Made by a program: the position numbers and the translations under genes. Under the pieces are notes generated by a model. It was not told the DNA's origin. It saw nothing but the letters and a program-made list of their open reading frames with translations, and made no database searches. From assembly GCA_034520885.1 (NCBI GenBank), contig JAXHNE010000004.1, positions 9,983-73,982 on the forward strand: 64,000 nt of DNA, written 5' to 3'. Numbering within the stretch: the stretch's first letter is position 1; each line of letters opens with the position of its first letter. Positions 62,791 to 64,000 of the stretch are shown piece after piece. This stretch comes from Candidatus Saccharimonadota bacterium (GTDB taxonomy: Bacteria > Patescibacteriota > Saccharimonadia > Saccharimonadales > JAXHNE01).

Positions 62791-63051
62791 ATGAAAATGG
62801 TTATTCTTTATCATCCGGTATCGGAACAGGCGCGAAAAGTCGAGGAGTTCGCACGTGATTTTGAACGAACACAGCACGTAAAACCGGAATTAGTGAGCCT
62901 GGAAACCAAAGAGGGCGCTGATCTTGCCCGAGTATACGACGCGGTGCAATACCCGGCGATTATCGTGACTCGGGACGACGGGTCGCATATGAAGCAGTGG
63001 GAGGGCGAAAAATTGCCACTCATGGATGAAGTTGCCGCGCGCCTTCGCTAG
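62791..63051 (+). CDS. small thioredoxin-fold-like hypothetical protein (no CxxC)
   Basis: GADLARVYDAVQYPAIIVTRDDG. Confidence 0.7.
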   Translation: MKMVILYHPVSEQARKVEEFARDFERTQHVKPELVSLETKEGADLARVYDAVQYPAIIVTRDDGSHMKQWEGEKLPLMDEVAARLR

Positions 63052-63074
63052 TGCTACACTTACAGTGTTAACAA

Positions 63075-63294
63075 GAGAGCAAATCCGTTTACTCGCCTGA
63101 ATTTTCAAAGAAACTTTGGCGAGCGAGAGCAGCTATCACCTGCAAGCCGTACGTGGCACGGAGCGAGAAGAACGTTGAAAGGCCAGTAGACCTCGCCGGT
63201 AAGAAGTGACCGTGATCACTGTAAGTAAGTCCCTGTCAGGATGGTACCGCTTTGGGTTACCCGAGCTCCTGAAATAAAGGGGCTTTTTATTTTC
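63075..63294 (+). promoter_or_regulatory. Ile T-box riboswitch (transcriptional)
   Basis: T-box AGGATGGTACCGC at 63238-63250, candidate specifier ATC at 63135-63137, terminator agctcct/aggggct plus a U-run. Upstream of ileS. Confidence 0.85.
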
Positions 63295-63314
63295 TAAAAG
63301 GAAAGTAAGTAAGC

Positions 63315-64000
63315 ATGGGAAAGACATTCCACAAAAACAGTCGGCGCCGCGCCGAAGAATACGAAGAAGACCTTATTGCTCATTGGAAGAAAAATGGAAC
63401 ATTTGAAAAATCCATCAAGCAACGGGAAGGCGCGGACAACTTCGTGTTTTATGACGGGCCGCCGTTTTTAACCGGCACCCCGCATCACGGTCATTTATTA
63501 ATATCCGCCGTGAAAGACGCGGTCGGTCGTTTCCAAACCATGAAAGGCAAGAAGGTGGAGCGGCGTTGGGGCTGGGACTGCCATGGGCTGCCAGCGGAAG
63601 TGTTCGTAGAAAAACAACTCGGCATCAATAACAAGCAAGAGATCGGCACTAAGATTAGTGTGCACGATTACGTAAAAGCTTGCCGTGCGGCCATGGTGAA
63701 AACCGGTACGCAATGGGAGGACGCCATTGATCGGATTGGTCGCTGGGTGGAGTTCGAGGGTGCCTACAAAACTATGGATACCGAATACATGGAAAGTGTT
63801 TGGTGGGCTTTTAAAACTCTGTATGAAAAAGGGAGCATTTACGAGGGCGAAAAGATTTTAGTGTACTGCACGAAGGACGCTACGCCGATCTCTAAGTCCG
63901 AAGTGGCCATGGAGAATAGCTACAAAGAGATTACCGATCCCAGCGTATTCGTTTATTTCCAATTGGAAGACAGTGATGAATATATCTTGGCGTGGACGAC
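63315..64000 (+). CDS. ileS: isoleucine--tRNA ligase, probably type 2 (partial)
   Basis: FYDGPPFLTGTPHHGH and RRWGWDCHGLPAE. Runs off the window end, so it is absent from the ORF track. Confidence 0.93.
   Translation, partial: MGKTFHKNSRRRAEEYEEDLIAHWKKNGTFEKSIKQREGADNFVFYDGPPFLTGTPHHGHLLISAVKDAVGRFQTMKGKKVERRWGWDCHGLPAEVFVEKQLGINNKQEIGTKISVHDYVKACRAAMVKTGTQWEDAIDRIGRWVEFEGAYKTMDTEYMESVWWAFKTLYEKGSIYEGEKILVYCTKDATPISKSEVAMENSYKEITDPSVFVYFQLEDSDEYILAWT

Overview
This 64 kb window looks like a Candidate Phyla Radiation chromosome, most likely Ca. Saccharibacteria (TM7). That assignment is an inference from the 16S sequence and the gene repertoire. Housekeeping genes include thrS, miaA, infC-rpmI-rplT, gyrBA, rpsA, infB, def-fmt, priA, adk, map, ftsAZ, nrdR-nrdJ and a partial ileS with a T-box. 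RNA genes are rnpB, a compact 6S RNA, three tRNAs and a heavily modified rRNA locus. The 16S and 23S genes are split by an ~11.5 kb accessory region, and the spacer tRNAs (Ala, Ile) lie on the opposite strand. The 16S carries a group II-type intron at about E. coli position 1396 that encodes a LAGLIDADG nuclease instead of a reverse transcriptase. The 23S carries a GIY-YIG-coding intervening sequence. Both rRNAs carry several hairpin insertions built from 7-nt tandem repeats. The best novelty candidates are: (i) two tandem two-gene cassettes sharing an identical 237-bp 'MARLPVPGGD' head with unrelated tails and partner genes; (ii) a 1.3 kb non-coding island with two divergent, apparently related sRNAs, many hairpins and a dif-like site; (iii) the heptamer-hairpin element family in the rRNAs; (iv) pervasive leaderless-type promoters. 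All calls were made by eye without database searches, so RNA ends are approximate.
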